Assembly: GCA_043780835.1 (NCBI GenBank)
Contig: JAYWCB010000013.1
Location: 13,512-77,511 of the forward strand
Reading direction: 5' to 3'
Origin: Minisyncoccota bacterium
GTDB lineage: Bacteria; Patescibacteriota; Minisyncoccia; Phycocordibacterales; UBA2100
DNA length: 64,000 nt
In this document: positions 9,988 to 19,439 of the stretch, one piece after another
Numbering within the stretch: the first letter of the stretch is position 1
Layout: every line of letters starts with the position of its first letter
Translations under genes and position numbers: made by a program
Notes under the pieces: generated by a model
What the model was told of the DNA's origin: nothing
Databases searched by the model: none
What the model saw: only the letters and a program-made list of their open reading frames with translations

Positions 9988-11223
9988 TCAGATGCAGTAG
10001 GTCTGCAGCGGTTCAAAACCATTAAAGCCGACCGAGGAGTAGCTCGATGTGTATGCACCGGTCGCATGAATGCGCAGCCGATCGCCGACTTTCAGCGAAA
10101 GCGGCAGCTGGTACTGAAATTTCTCATACAGGATATCGGCCGAGTCGCACGACGGTCCGGCAAGGATAACTGCCCCGGTCGCACCTTTACGACCGACGGC
10201 TTCGATCCTGTATTTGATGGCCTCATCAAGCGTTTCCGCAAGACCGCCGAATTTTCCGACATCGAGATAGACCCACCGCACATCTTCTCCGTATGATTTC
10301 TTCGATATCAGCACGACCTCGGCTTCAAGCACCCCGCTATCGCCGACAAGGGAACGACCCGGTTCGATAATAATGCGAGGCGAGCCGTCGGCGAAATTCT
10401 TGGAGAATGCCACACGTATGGCCGCTGCGTAGGAGTTGATCGATTCGATCTTGTCGCGGTACTGAGCGGGCAGCCCACCGCCGATGTTCACGACATCGAG
10501 CGCAATACCTTGCGCGCGTAGATTGCGAAAGATCTGTGCCGCCTGTTCCAAGGGACGTTCCCACTGTTCGAGACGAGTTTGTTGCGATCCCACATGGAAC
10601 GAAACGCCGCACGGCTCAAGTCCGAGATTCTTTGCTTTGAGGAGGAGGTCGTACGCCATATCGACTTCGCAGCCAAATTTGCGCGAAAGCGGCCAGTCCG
10701 CTCCGTCGCAGCTCGTCAGTATTCTGCAGAATACTCGTGCGCCCGGTGCCGAACGCGCGAGCTTGTCCAATTCGGACTCGGAGTCGAACGCAAAAAGCCG
10801 GCCTCCTTTTGCGTATGCATAGGCGATGTCCGTCTCTTTCTTTATTGTATTTCCATAAGAAATACGATCGCAAGAAGCGCCGGCAGCGAGAACAAGGTCA
10901 ATTTCTCCGGGGCTTGCCACATCGAAATTGGAACCGAGACCCACCAGGAGCCTGATCACATCCCGCGCAGGATTTGCTTTAACCGCATAGAAAATTTCGC
11001 CGCTGGGCATCGCGCGACGCATGTCCGCATATTTCGTGGCGACGACATCTAGATCGATAAGAAGAAAGGGTGTCGCGGGAGCGTGCTCGTCTATGTAACG
11101 AGCCATTTTCACCGTTGACGGGGCCGATTGTTTGATCGGTTGAGCACGAGAACCTAGATGTATTTTCGAAACAGGGCTCGGAGCTACCTCACGAGTCTGC
11201 AATTTCGTACCGCGATTGTTCAT
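9988..11223 (-). CDS. Ornithine/lysine decarboxylase, PLP fold III
   Basis: YAVKANP, FDVAS, KFG, SFHVGSQ, IGGG, EPGR, GPSCDSAD, GAYT. Confidence 0.93.
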   Translation of the reverse strand: MNNRGTKLQTREVAPSPVSKIHLGSRAQPIKQSAPSTVKMARYIDEHAPATPFLLIDLDVVATKYADMRRAMPSGEIFYAVKANPARDVIRLLVGLGSNFDVASPGEIDLVLAAGASCDRISYGNTIKKETDIAYAYAKGGRLFAFDSESELDKLARSAPGARVFCRILTSCDGADWPLSRKFGCEVDMAYDLLLKAKNLGLEPCGVSFHVGSQQTRLEQWERPLEQAAQIFRNLRAQGIALDVVNIGGGLPAQYRDKIESINSYAAAIRVAFSKNFADGSPRIIIEPGRSLVGDSGVLEAEVVLISKKSYGEDVRWVYLDVGKFGGLAETLDEAIKYRIEAVGRKGATGAVILAGPSCDSADILYEKFQYQLPLSLKVGDRLRIHATGAYTSSYSSVGFNGFEPLQTYCI

Positions 11224-11396
11224 TTCTGATGAGCATAATTATTGTTCTAGCAATAGACCAATCATACATATCGTCACGCACTTGTATATCCTGTGGGGGT
11301 GTATACCTGCCGACCGGGATCGAAGACACTCACTCCTTCAGGTTGTCTTTTTGCCACACGGTGTTCCCAGTGGGAATGTGTCTGTGCGTTAACACT

Positions 11397-13106
11397 CTAT
11401 ACAAGGTGCAATGCCATGCGCATCTCGGCGATGGTGTGAAAGATCGTGCGATGCTCGAAGTAGGAGATGTTTTTGAGGATTTCAAATACGGGGGGCCGTA
11501 CATAAATCATCGATACACGGATGCGTTTTTGCTCAAGGCGTTCGATAAATTCTTCCAGTATTTCCATGCCGCTGATGTCGATAAAATTCACGCCCGACAT
11601 ATCAAACACCACTTCGCGCACCGTGTGGTTCACACGCATTTCGTGGAGCGCGATGAGGCCATGGATCTGATTGAGGGCATGCGAGGTGTTCGCATAATAG
11701 AGCGATACACCAATGCGCGCGATGACCACGCTTGGGAATATATGCACCTGATCGTCTTCGATCGTGCTCAAAAGGACTTTGCGTTCCAGATCAATACCGA
11801 CCTCGGAAACTTGTGCGCCCCACACGGTGCGGCGAATAAAGAGTAAGAGTGCGACAAGCATGCCTGTAAGGAGGGCGTCTTCCGGTTTCATCAGGAAGAC
11901 CATGCAGAACGTAAGTAGTGCGACGACGCCGTCTGAACGTGAAATCTTGTACATCGCCTTGATCCGATGGAAATCAACGAGCGACGCAGCAGAAAGTATC
12001 ACGATAGCGGCGAGAGCAGCGAGCGGCAAATAGTAAAAAACCGGTGTTAAAAAGAGAATGGTAATGACGGTCATTCCAGAACTTACGAGCGACGAGAAGC
12101 CCGATTTTGCACCAGCCTCATTATTTATTGCGGAGCGCGTAAACGATCCACTGATGGGGAATCCTTGGAAGAAACTTGTGGCGATATTTGCAAGACCTTG
12201 TCCGACCAATTCTTGATCGGTATTCAGGTGTTCTTTCTTCGGGCGGGCGAGCGTTGTGGCGTTAGCGTGTGTGGCGACGAATGCGACGAGTGCGATCACA
12301 ACGGCCTTCGGAAGCAGCACAGCGAGCGCAGTTACGCCAAAGAAGGGCAATAAGAAAGACGGTAATCCCGACGGTATGGTGCCCACGATCGCTACATGAT
12401 GGGTGTCGAGCCGGAAAAAATATCCCGCGAGGATTGCAAGCAAAAGTACACCAAGTGCGATCGGATATGTTTTCGGGAGCCGCTTCGTGAGATACAAAAT
12501 TGCCAGTGCCGTTATGCCGACGAGTGTTGTGAGTACGGTCAGACTCGGCAACTCATGCAACAAATTGATGATTGTTTTGAGTACCACATCAGAGCGCGCT
12601 GCAGAAATACCGAGCAAGACCGGAATTTGCGATACCACGATAAGTAATGCTGCGGCCGAGGAAAAACCCGCTATCACCGAGTGAGGAACGAGGTGAATCA
12701 TGGAACCGACACGAAATAATCCAAGGCCAAGATAGAGAAGGCCAGTCAAAAGTGCGAGCGTTGCTGCAAGCCGCACGAATTCGTCAGACCCCGGCGCGGC
12801 GAGTGATACGAGAGATGTGAGGGTGAGCAAACTTACCATTGCGACCGGTCCGGTAGAGAGCGTACGCGATGATCCCCAGAGAGATGCAATACATCCGAAA
12901 AGAGATGCGTACAGTCCGTACACGGCGGGCAGGCCGGCAGTGAGCGCAAACGCCATCGATTGTGGTATCTGAATAATGGCAACGGTGATGCCTGCCTGCA
13001 CATCGGCATGCAAAAACGATGATGAATACCTGAAACCGGGTCGCAGCCAAAGCGGAGTGAACAGGCGTGGAATACCGGCAACAAAACTTTGAACACGCGG
13101 CATCAT
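11397..13106 (-). CDS. SulP/SLC26 anion transporter with STAS domain
   Basis: IPQSMAFA, GLYAS, GSFTRSA, C-terminal DMSGVNFID. Confidence 0.93.
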   Translation of the reverse strand: MMPRVQSFVAGIPRLFTPLWLRPGFRYSSSFLHADVQAGITVAIIQIPQSMAFALTAGLPAVYGLYASLFGCIASLWGSSRTLSTGPVAMVSLLTLTSLVSLAAPGSDEFVRLAATLALLTGLLYLGLGLFRVGSMIHLVPHSVIAGFSSAAALLIVVSQIPVLLGISAARSDVVLKTIINLLHELPSLTVLTTLVGITALAILYLTKRLPKTYPIALGVLLLAILAGYFFRLDTHHVAIVGTIPSGLPSFLLPFFGVTALAVLLPKAVVIALVAFVATHANATTLARPKKEHLNTDQELVGQGLANIATSFFQGFPISGSFTRSAINNEAGAKSGFSSLVSSGMTVITILFLTPVFYYLPLAALAAIVILSAASLVDFHRIKAMYKISRSDGVVALLTFCMVFLMKPEDALLTGMLVALLLFIRRTVWGAQVSEVGIDLERKVLLSTIEDDQVHIFPSVVIARIGVSLYYANTSHALNQIHGLIALHEMRVNHTVREVVFDMSGVNFIDISGMEILEEFIERLEQKRIRVSMIYVRPPVFEILKNISYFEHRTIFHTIAEMRMALHLV

Positions 13107-13191
13107 GTGTGCAGTATAAACGCATAAACCGATTGTATTTTATGGTACCGTTTGGACGGGTCAATGCTCCGGCTTTTGAGGGAGGTACGAC

Positions 13192-13335
13192 ATGAATATT
13201 TTTACTCTCGGTGTGAGGAGCGGAACCGATCGACACGTGAACGGTCCGAATCGTTTCACCTTTACCCATAACGGACTGTACGCGCTCCTTTCGCTAGCTG
13301 TGGTGATCGGTATCGCGGTCGCCGTGTGTCGGTGA
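13192..13335 (+). CDS. Small single-TM protein (47 aa)
   Basis: Hand-translated MNIFTLG...GLYALLSLAVVIGIAVAVCR; GGAGG SD; terminator 13370-13393. Confidence 0.55.
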   Translation: MNIFTLGVRSGTDRHVNGPNRFTFTHNGLYALLSLAVVIGIAVAVCR

Positions 13336-13369
13336 TTTCGAGCAAGCGCGCATGATTGCGCACTATTCC

Positions 13370-13393
13370 AAAGGCGGCTATATGGCCGCCTTT
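13370..13393 (+). terminator. Intrinsic terminator
   Basis: AAAGGCGGC/GCCGCCTTT. Confidence 0.6.
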
Positions 13394-13588
13394 GCTTTGT
13401 GTAAAGTGAGGTTTTTTGCTACTATCGTGCGACTTGTGGTGGTTCACGGGAACGCCGTCCTGCAGTCCTCCGGACGCGGATGGGTCGCTCGGACGAATTG
13501 CGAGAATGTTTCTTTGTGTCTTGTGAGCCAGTAGCTCCTGTGGATGATACAGGGTTATGATGTGAGGTCGTGTGTTTGTGTCTTGTGT

Positions 13589-13660
13589 GCGCTAGTAGTT
13601 CAGTGGTAGAACGCTGTCCTGATAAGACAGAGGTCGTAGGTCCGATTCCTACCTGGCGCA
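13589..13660 (+). tRNA. tRNA-Ile(GAT)
   Basis: Acceptor GCGCTAG/CTGGCGC, anticodon arm CTGTC-CTGATAA-GACAG, T arm GTAGG-TCCGATT-CCTAC; CCA not encoded. Confidence 0.95.
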
Positions 13661-13701
13661 CACAGCACGCAAAACACTCTCTGAGTCGCTCCTCACTACC
13701 A

Positions 13702-13746
13702 TCCGACAAAACAGGGGTCATAGGTCCGATTCTTACCTGGCGCACA
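13702..13746 (+). pseudogene. Degenerate duplicate of tRNA-Ile 3' half
   Basis: ACAGGGGTCATAGGTCCGATTCTTACCTGGCGCACA versus tRNA ACAGAGGTCGTAGGTCCGATTCCTACCTGGCGCACA. Confidence 0.8.
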
Positions 13747-13831
13747 AATGGGAACGAGGGTGGTCGGTTTCAAATACCGTTGCGATGTCGAGAGGGGTCG
13801 TAAAACGCGGCTAAAAACGTATAATGTCCCG

Positions 13832-15136
13832 ATGAATTACCGCGTACAGGGAGGGAGAACCCTCTCAGGAACCGTACAGACCAATATTTCCAAAAACGCC
13901 GCCGTGGCACTGCTGTGTGCTTCGATGTTGAATCGCGGCGAGACGATATTGAAGCGTATGCCGAGGATTGAAGAAGTGAAACGACTCATCGAAGTACTCG
14001 AATCCATCGGAGTTAAAATCGTGTGGGATCCAAGCGGTGATATGCGTATCACGCCTCCCGATAAGGTAGATCTCACGAATATTAACTACGAAGCGGCATC
14101 GCGTACACGATCGATCGCATTACTCATTGCGCCGCTCGCACACTTGCTCGGCGCCTTCGAGCTGCCGGCGCCGGGCGGATGTAATTTGGGCAAGCGAAGT
14201 TTGGGCTCACACATCGATTCACTCGGCAGGCTCGGCATAAAAGTCGAAGGTAACGAAGGTGCGCATACCTATCAGGTTACGACAGAGAATATGCAGCCTG
14301 CAGAAATCATTATGTACGAAGCGTCTGACACGGGCGTGGAAAACGTGCTCATGGCAGCTGCAAAGATTCCGGGCGTTACTACTATAAAATTCGCGAGCGC
14401 GAATTACATGGTGCAGGATCTGTGTGTGTTTCTTGCCCACTGTGGTGTCAAAATTGATGGCATCGGGACATCAACACTCGTTGTGCATGGAATCTCTGAT
14501 ATTAATGCTGAGGTGCACGGGCATCCGAGCGAAGACCCGATCGAGAGTATGTTTTTTATTGCGCTTGCAGCTACTACGCATTCCACCATCACCATCGAGC
14601 GCTGCCCGATCGATTTCATAGAGCTTGAACTCTTTACGCTTGGACAAATGGGACTAAAATATTCAATGGGTGAGCGATACGCATCCGAAAACGGTCACAC
14701 CGTATTACGCGACATTACGGTAGAGGCATCTGATTTAACTGCACCACCTGATAAAATCGCACCGCGTCCGTATCCAGGTATCAATATCGATAACCTTCCG
14801 TTTTTTGTGCCCATCGCGACGCAAGCATATGGGAAGACTCTTATCCATGACTGGGTATACGACGGCAGAGCACAATACTATTTAGAAATGAATCACCTGG
14901 GAGCGAATGTCGAACTCCTCGATTTGCACCGGGCGCTTGTAACCGGTCCGACGAAATTCCACCCGGCGCATATCGAAGCGCCTCCTGCGCTCCGGCCCGC
15001 TACGCTCATTTTGATCGGTATGCTTGCTGCAGAGGGCGAATCAATGCTCTATAACGTGTATCCGATAAACCGCGGGTACGAGAATCTTCACGATCGACTC
15101 AAAGCAATCGGAGCATCTGTTGAGGCGGTTGAATAA
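13832..15136 (+). CDS. murA: UDP-N-acetylglucosamine 1-carboxyvinyltransferase
   Basis: SKNAA, PGGCNLGKR, PYPG, INRGYE; TATAAT-6 nt-ATG. Confidence 0.93.
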   Translation: MNYRVQGGRTLSGTVQTNISKNAAVALLCASMLNRGETILKRMPRIEEVKRLIEVLESIGVKIVWDPSGDMRITPPDKVDLTNINYEAASRTRSIALLIAPLAHLLGAFELPAPGGCNLGKRSLGSHIDSLGRLGIKVEGNEGAHTYQVTTENMQPAEIIMYEASDTGVENVLMAAAKIPGVTTIKFASANYMVQDLCVFLAHCGVKIDGIGTSTLVVHGISDINAEVHGHPSEDPIESMFFIALAATTHSTITIERCPIDFIELELFTLGQMGLKYSMGERYASENGHTVLRDITVEASDLTAPPDKIAPRPYPGINIDNLPFFVPIATQAYGKTLIHDWVYDGRAQYYLEMNHLGANVELLDLHRALVTGPTKFHPAHIEAPPALRPATLILIGMLAAEGESMLYNVYPINRGYENLHDRLKAIGASVEAVE

Positions 15137-15138
15137 TT

Positions 15139-16038
15139 ATGGGATGGGAATCAGACAAAAATAAGAAGGGCTCCGGAATACCTAAGCAAGTGGAACCTGA
15201 TATACATGAACTCCGTAAAGTAATTCGGAAGCTACAGGGTGTCGAAACGGACCCGTACGCTCCTAAAAACAGCGAGACACCCCACTCATTGGAAGCGAAG
15301 GCATATCCTGATCTCGTAGCCAAATATAGTGTATTTAAGGAGGCTGTTGCCTTCGACACCGGCGTCATCTACCACCCATGTGGCTCTGCAGATATTTCAC
15401 CCAGCGAAGCCTTTCCCGGTAGTCGTGTGATATACGCAGATATGGATGCCGATGCCATGGAGGCTGTTTTAGAAAAAGGATACGAGGCCCATGTTGTCGA
15501 TGTGACATCCTTTAACCCAGGAGAAGTCGATGTATTGATCCTGTTAAATCCGCAGATCGCTCCTGATGCACCCGCGAGTTTCATAAAGCCAGGAGGGTAC
15601 ATTGTGTGCAATGATTATCACCAGACGGCAAGGCGTCTGCATGAAAAAGGCTACAAGTCGATCGGTATCGTTTTAAACACAAAGGACGGAATTACGTATG
15701 ACAGAGAAACAGAGGGATGCTGGCAAGAGGTGGATACGGATGAAGAATTGAAAAATGCACCTTTTAGTTTTAGCTTCAGTACGGTTCGTTATGATGATGC
15801 GGTTCGTATGGTACAGAAATTCTCCGGAGATAAGACGGATATTGCGAAGGAGTATAAACGGATTATCGCGGCAATTAGAAGCGGGTCGCTTGCTGGTGTG
15901 TTGGAGCTTGAAGATGGTCACGACCAAATAACGCTGACGTACAACGGCGAACACATGATGCTGCCTTGCCGCCTTCCGCGAAAAAAAGGAGTCGCTGATG
16001 ATTTATATGTTTTTCAAAAAACAATTGCCGAGAAATAG
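15139..16038 (+). CDS. Hypothetical protein, possible SAM-methyltransferase-like fold
   Basis: VIYADMD, VDVLILLNP, PGGYIV pattern; weak. Confidence 0.6.
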   Translation: MGWESDKNKKGSGIPKQVEPDIHELRKVIRKLQGVETDPYAPKNSETPHSLEAKAYPDLVAKYSVFKEAVAFDTGVIYHPCGSADISPSEAFPGSRVIYADMDADAMEAVLEKGYEAHVVDVTSFNPGEVDVLILLNPQIAPDAPASFIKPGGYIVCNDYHQTARRLHEKGYKSIGIVLNTKDGITYDRETEGCWQEVDTDEELKNAPFSFSFSTVRYDDAVRMVQKFSGDKTDIAKEYKRIIAAIRSGSLAGVLELEDGHDQITLTYNGEHMMLPCRLPRKKGVADDLYVFQKTIAEK

Positions 16039-16123
16039 GTCATGGGGATCGTGATGGTGGCGCGATAACACCTTTTTATCTATAGTCGGGGCAGGTTCAT
16101 TGAAACAACAGGGGATAAAACAC

Positions 16124-17494
16124 ATGTGCGGACTGTTCGGTGTTATGAACGTCAGAAAAGCAGCAGAGCTTGTCGCAATTGGACTGCATCACAATCAACA
16201 TCGCGCAGTCGATGCCGCGGGAATTGTCGCGTCCAACGGTCGCTATCTGCATCGTGAACGCGGACCGGGAATCGTTCGAAACGCGTTCGACAAGGAAATG
16301 CTCGATCGACTCCACGGCACGGCTGCTATCGGTCACATTCGCTATGCCACGTCGGGCAAGGAAGGCGAGGACAGGAGATACGACAACGTCCAACCCATCA
16401 TGGGGTACTTTCATGGTGAGGAAATTGCACTTGCGCACAACGGTAATCTGACCAACATCAGCGAGCTCGCGCGGCATGTATCGCCAAACGAACTGAGGAC
16501 GACAATGGATAGCGAGTATATCGTGCGACTCCTCGAGCGTGAAAGATCACACGACATCGAGTATGCGCTCACGAATGTGCTCTGCATGTTGAAAGGAAGC
16601 TTTGAACTCTTGATACAACTTCCGGATCGGATTATCGCAGTGCGCGATCCTCGAGGAAATCACCCACTCTCCATCGGAAAAGAGGGGGGCGGATATTTTG
16701 TGTCGTCGGAAACATGCGCCTACCCGAGTGTCGGCGCGGAGTACATTGGCGAGATCGAGCCGGGGACATTCGTCTCTTTTATGGAGAGTGGCGAAATGAA
16801 AGTCACGCGCTACGCCGAGGCGAACAAGAAACAGTGTGTATTCGAGCTCGTGTACTATGCGCATCCGGCAAGCTTCGTATTCGGACACAACGTCGGACGT
16901 TTCCGACAACAGTTGGGTCGTCGCCTGGAAGCGGAGTTTGGTGTGCCCGGGTCGGATATCGTAGTTGGTGTTCCGGACAGCTCGAACTTCATTGCGATGG
17001 GATTTGGTACATCTCTCAAATCGGGTGAGTACTATCCGGCAATCAATCGACATCACAATGTCGGACGAACCTTCATAGCTGCTTCGCAGGCACAACGCGA
17101 CGAAGAGGTTGCCAATAAGTTCACATTCTCGGCCCAAGAAGTGGCAGGGAAAGTGGTTGTATTGATCGATGATTCAATCGTGCGTGGAACGACGCTTAGG
17201 AAAATCATCACGGTAATGCGCTTGATGAAAGCGCGGGCAGTGCATGTGCGGATTGCGTCGCCGCCGTTTCGGCACCCGTGCGCGTATGGAATCAACACCA
17301 AAACGTACGAAGAGCTCATTGCGAATCAAAAAACTATCGAAGGTATTCGCGAAGAAATCGGTGCGGACTCACTCGAATACCTCTCCATCGAAAGTCTTCG
17401 GAATCTTGTAGAGAAACCGACAGAGTTCTGTTTCGCCTGCATGGACGGGAACTTCTGGGATAAACCTGAAGCGACCCCCGAGCCCTGTCTCTAA
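16124..17494 (+). CDS. purF: Amidophosphoribosyltransferase
   Basis: N-terminal MCG nucleophile, GHIRYAT, AHNGNL, IDDSIVRGTT, Fe-S cysteines (FCFAC). Confidence 0.96.
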   Translation: MCGLFGVMNVRKAAELVAIGLHHNQHRAVDAAGIVASNGRYLHRERGPGIVRNAFDKEMLDRLHGTAAIGHIRYATSGKEGEDRRYDNVQPIMGYFHGEEIALAHNGNLTNISELARHVSPNELRTTMDSEYIVRLLERERSHDIEYALTNVLCMLKGSFELLIQLPDRIIAVRDPRGNHPLSIGKEGGGYFVSSETCAYPSVGAEYIGEIEPGTFVSFMESGEMKVTRYAEANKKQCVFELVYYAHPASFVFGHNVGRFRQQLGRRLEAEFGVPGSDIVVGVPDSSNFIAMGFGTSLKSGEYYPAINRHHNVGRTFIAASQAQRDEEVANKFTFSAQEVAGKVVVLIDDSIVRGTTLRKIITVMRLMKARAVHVRIASPPFRHPCAYGINTKTYEELIANQKTIEGIREEIGADSLEYLSIESLRNLVEKPTEFCFACMDGNFWDKPEATPEPCL

Positions 17495-17510
17495 GATCTT
17501 TTAAAAAAGG

Positions 17511-17544
17511 AATGCCCCGCGTTGCGATTGCGACGCGGGGCATT
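17511..17544. terminator. Hairpin terminator after purF
   Basis: AATGCCCCGCGTTGC/GCGACGCGGGGCATT. Confidence 0.7.
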
Positions 17545-17624
17545 TACTGTGGATTAATTGGTATACGCTACTTACTTCAGGTTATTATTGTGAGATTAAG
17601 CCCGGACCAAAGCCGAAGGGGAAC

Positions 17625-18245
17625 GTGCGTATCGAATGGTCGTCTCGGTTTGCGTACGCCATTGGTTTACTCGTCGCTGACGGATGTGTGCAAAAAGATG
17701 GGCGACACGTTGATCTAACCTCAGTCGATAAAGCTCAGGCTGAGTTATTTAGAAAATGTTTGGGATTAAAGACGAGTGTGAGTACGAAGCGATCGGGACA
17801 AGGGAATATCGCTTATTGTATGCAATTTAGTGATGTACTTTTCCATCAGTTTCTTATGGGAATCGGCATATTCCCAGCAAAGTCAAAGACAATAGGTGCC
17901 GTCGCGGTCCCCGAAGAGTTTTTCGTCGACTTTGTGCGCGGATATTTTGATGGTGATGGTAGTAGCTATTCCTATTACGATCCGATTTTTAAAAAGAGCT
18001 ATCGGTTTTATCTCTCGTTTACGTCTGCGAGTCCGGTGTTCATTGCTTGGTTTCGAGAGAGACTTCGGCAGTCGATAGGGGTGAAAGGGTACATCAGTCT
18101 CAATCGTAATAATCCCTACGTACAGTTGAAGTACTCGAAACGAGAGGCGGTTCGAATATGTGTCTATATGTACCACGCGAAGGACGTGCCCTGTCTTGTT
18201 CGCAAACGATTGAAAATTATGAAATCTATGCGCATAATCGCCTGA
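17625..18245 (+). CDS. Stand-alone double-motif LAGLIDADG endonuclease-like protein
   Basis: AYAIGLLVADG and FVRGYFDGDG; frame stays open upstream (PGPKPKG), start uncertain. Confidence 0.88.
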   Translation: MRIEWSSRFAYAIGLLVADGCVQKDGRHVDLTSVDKAQAELFRKCLGLKTSVSTKRSGQGNIAYCMQFSDVLFHQFLMGIGIFPAKSKTIGAVAVPEEFFVDFVRGYFDGDGSSYSYYDPIFKKSYRFYLSFTSASPVFIAWFRERLRQSIGVKGYISLNRNNPYVQLKYSKREAVRICVYMYHAKDVPCLVRKRLKIMKSMRIIA

Positions 18246-18246
18246 C

Positions 18247-18330
18247 GCCGCGGTGGTGAAATTGGTAGACACGCTAGCTTCAGAAGCTAGTTCTCGGAAG
18301 GGATTGGGAGTTCGAGTCTCCCTCGCGGCA
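18247..18330 (+). tRNA. tRNA-Leu(CAG)
   Basis: Acceptor GCCGCGG/TCGCGGC, anticodon arm CTAGC-TTCAGAA-GCTAG, long variable arm, TTCGAGT loop. Confidence 0.95.
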
Positions 18331-18427
18331 CATTAATGCAATGCATGTACATCGACGTACATTCCGTCTGGCGTGGTATTACGGACCGGATGTTCTATCT
18401 CCCTAAAAATGCACTATACTGACAATC

Positions 18428-19303
18428 ATGAGATTCGGTGAGTCCTTTGTTCCTCGAAGTAAGCCGGACGACGGTTCTTCGGATGAGCAATCTAAAGCCA
18501 CAGTTGAGGTAAAGCCAGAGTTTAAATTTGCACCACAAATCTACTTCCGCTCGGCAGACGGCAATTTCGATGTCTTGACGAAAGAAAATAGGTACCTCAC
18601 CGATGAGGACATTCTCCAGCGGGGCTTTCTAACGAACAGCGATAAAGTGAACCTTTCCTTTGCTCGGCTGCTCGATGAGCTACCAGCAGTCTTGCACGCG
18701 CCTGGACAAAATATGTCTACCGAGCGCAGAGAAATCGTCAATTCGCTTTTGAAGCGAAGACCGACGTTTGTGCCGATAGACGTAGCAAGAGTGGACTCGG
18801 AATTTTCAAATGCAGTTACGAAGTTCGAGGGTGCCCAGCTCGGTGTAATTCTTTTCCCCGAAACCAATGAGATCATGAATCAGTTTTCGGGAGTGCGATT
18901 CACAGATGGTAGAGTTGCGCGGCTTATGCGCGGGCGCGTGAGAGAAAATCTGCAAGAATTCACGTCGCAGCTTAATATGCTTTCACCACACATTGAGGCG
19001 CGTGAAATTGACCGTAAACAGTCTGCGTACGCGGTGGAGTACATGCAAGGAGCCGAACGACCCAAAACAATTTCACCGCAAGAACGCGATGACTGGCTCA
19101 ATCGCGTGAGGTCAAGCGGATTGATTTTTGACTTTGATGTGAGTACGAAAGACGAATCGCTCGATAATCTTATGCGAAAAGATGGAAAGTTGTTTTGGGT
19201 AGATGGAAATATCTTACTCGCGAAGCCAGCAGAAAACCCTGAACAACTTGAGATGTTCATTGAGGAGCAGAGAATCGTTTTAGAGAAATTCGTAAAAGAA
19301 TAA
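18428..19303 (+). CDS. Hypothetical protein, weak kinase-like motifs
   Basis: TATACT-7 nt-ATG; AVEYMQG, D..N, FWVDG. Confidence 0.7.
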   Translation: MRFGESFVPRSKPDDGSSDEQSKATVEVKPEFKFAPQIYFRSADGNFDVLTKENRYLTDEDILQRGFLTNSDKVNLSFARLLDELPAVLHAPGQNMSTERREIVNSLLKRRPTFVPIDVARVDSEFSNAVTKFEGAQLGVILFPETNEIMNQFSGVRFTDGRVARLMRGRVRENLQEFTSQLNMLSPHIEAREIDRKQSAYAVEYMQGAERPKTISPQERDDWLNRVRSSGLIFDFDVSTKDESLDNLMRKDGKLFWVDGNILLAKPAENPEQLEMFIEEQRIVLEKFVKE

Positions 19304-19439
19304 GTTGGTGTGTCGCGGAGCGTCGGTTCTGTTGTCCGACATCGACGGTACCGATTTACAAGAGCTTGGCATCGCGCGAAACGCAGACGGCCTAACAAAA
19401 GGCCGCACAAAGTACGGTCTTTTGTTGGCGCGGTCACGT

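Noticed and set aside
11229-11846. 205-aa ORF antisense to SulP and similar shadow ORFs (18880..19548, 21382..22203, 36922..37569)
   Set aside because: They lie opposite well-supported genes and show no motifs.
17545-18246. Group I intron or intein hosting the LAGLIDADG
   Set aside because: purF and tRNA-Leu are both complete and uninterrupted; no splice-junction motifs seen.
18274-18290. tRNA with UCA anticodon (Sec or recoded stop)
   Set aside because: The 7-nt loop TTCAGAA centres on CAG (Leu), and genes such as gdhA and murI end in TGA.
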